This document shows positions 62,434 through 64,000 of a stretch of DNA of 64,000 bases, piece after piece. The notes below the pieces were generated by a model, which ran no database searches, was not told where the DNA came from, and saw only the letters and a program-made list of their open reading frames with translations. Origin of the DNA: Mobula hypostoma (lineage: Eukaryota); the NCBI RefSeq assembly GCF_963921235.1, contig NC_086107.1, positions 103,542,001-103,606,000 of the forward strand, in the 5' to 3' direction. The translations under genes and the position numbers were made by a program. Within the stretch, counting starts at the first letter, position 1, and each line of letters begins with the position of its first letter.

Positions 62434-62699
62434 GGTTGAGTTGTTCTTTGATATTGGCAATCCATTTGCAGACGTTTCATAACCATTCGAGGAGACACCA
62501 TCAGTGCGCTGTTCACTTGTGGTGTGTCCTGAATGCTTAGCCTTTATATACATATCAATCAGCTGACTGGTTGTCATTACAGAAACTCAGTTGCGTGGCC
62601 ATGCAACTAATCAGCGATGAGAACCCCTGCCTATGTTCCAACTGAGTTTCCATAATAACGTTTGCAAATTGGTTGTCAGAATTGGAGAACAACTCAACC
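62434..62699 (-). mobile_element. Second PLE-type terminus family; inverted arrangement with hammerhead-like motif (62468-62507)
   Basis: Reverse complement gca-CUGAUGG-...-GAAACGUC-ugc; inverted ends ggttgagttgttct / agaacaactcaacc. Confidence 0.55.
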
Positions 62700-64000
62700 A
62701 ACCCTTAATGACTCCAAATAGGGGTGTGAAGCGGGTTATAATGATAGAGTTTTACAGTTAGAATTAGTGTCGCCAACTAATGGCCACTCGGGAGACCATG
62801 GCAGCACAACTAGCCCTGCCTCACAGATCCAGGGACCCAGGTTTGGTCCCAGTTCCTAAAACTGGTTGTGCAGGGTTTGAATATTGTCCCCCCCCCCCCA
62901 CAACCCTTGTGCTTTAGTTTCACACGCTCGTGCTACTAAGTTACTTGACTCCTGGAAATTGCCACGAGTGTATCAAGGTGGTAGGTGGAAATAGGATCTG
63001 TGTGAGCAAGGCCAAACTGAGTGAGGTAGTGGGACTGGTGGAATTCAGGTGAGAGTTTTCATTGTTAGATCAAAGCCACCTCCTGTAGTGTGTGAGGTGT
63101 TTTTAAGATAAATAAATGGAGAAAAACGTGCAGTATATTGGTGAATCCGCTGGAATGATGCTAAGCCATAAAATTAACGAAAAAAATCTAACGTAGGTTT
63201 ACACACCTATAGAAATTGATCACTGGATCATAATGCAATTCTGATACTGGAGTTGGGTTTTTAGCTGCAATGCTGTACTTGATCCAAGACAATCTTAAGA
63301 CCCAGTAGGTTCAACCTGGGGTGAAGTAGTCTCAGCTATTTCAGTCACTGCTCTGGATTCCTAGAAACCACAACACAAAACAATCAGAGGATTAGGAGCT
63401 CTGTCCCACTTCTCTAAAGTTGTTCTTCCTTTTTTTGCAAGAAGAATGAGCCCTATTTGAGGCTTGGTTGAGTGTATTACATAGTTTGGTCTGACCTTCC
63501 TGGTCTTCCTCCCTCATCTCCACCAATGGCTGCAAGACCTTCTGCTGTCCGTGGCCCCAAGCTCTGGACTTCATGCCTTGCACTGCTTTACCTACCTACA
63601 TACTCTGAGGCACTTCTGCAAATCTGCCTCTGACCCTTTTGATCACCTGCCCTGATTTCATTTTGTAGCTTGGTACCTAATGTTACCCAATCACCTCTGT
63701 GTTAAACTTGATGCAGATGGTAGAACTGAGTGGTATTTTGTCTGTTTCCTACTGTCATGCCCTTGAAGTTGGCTTCTGTGGACCTTGCTCACAGTCAGAG
63801 GTAACTGTGATGATTTTGATTGTTACCTGAGTTTAGACCTGCTCGTCGCCTGCAAATGCCTCTATCTCTTATTACTTTCCTTGGTATCCTGGAGTTACAG
63901 AGAACTATGCTGCACAATCCTTTGTATTGCTAGCACTGCTGTTGGATTGATTTGTCCTTAGATGCACTTTCAAGCAGGGATCACTGGGTCAAAGTTCAAA

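Overview
Vertebrate genomic DNA. The repeat repertoire (V/HE1-type tRNA SINEs, CR1, Rex1/Babar, RTE, Penelope-like, Tc1, hAT MITEs) suggests a cartilaginous fish, probably a ray; this is an inference. The window holds the 3' ~990 codons of one + strand myocardin-family gene, most likely MRTFA (MKL1). Twelve GT-AG coding exons from 15988 to the stop at 59112 join in phase. They encode RPEL2/RPEL3, B1, Q, SAP, the leucine zipper and the C-terminal TAD. I did not find the RPEL1/start exons, which probably lie upstream. The introns are dense with nested transposons. The most interesting non-obvious layer is about 15 Penelope-like-element termini carrying minimal type-I hammerhead ribozyme motifs (CUGAnGA-A-GGG...CCC-GAAA-CG-UC). 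Several are short non-coding solo or fold-back insertions with their own target-site duplications, i.e. retrozyme-like. Other leads are a candidate frame-shifting 17-nt microexon at the position equivalent to myocardin exon 2a, an apparently lost PPxY motif, two Rex1 insertions at nearly the same CR1 site, and a composite MITE. TE boundaries were read by eye and are approximate unless a TSD or TIR is given.
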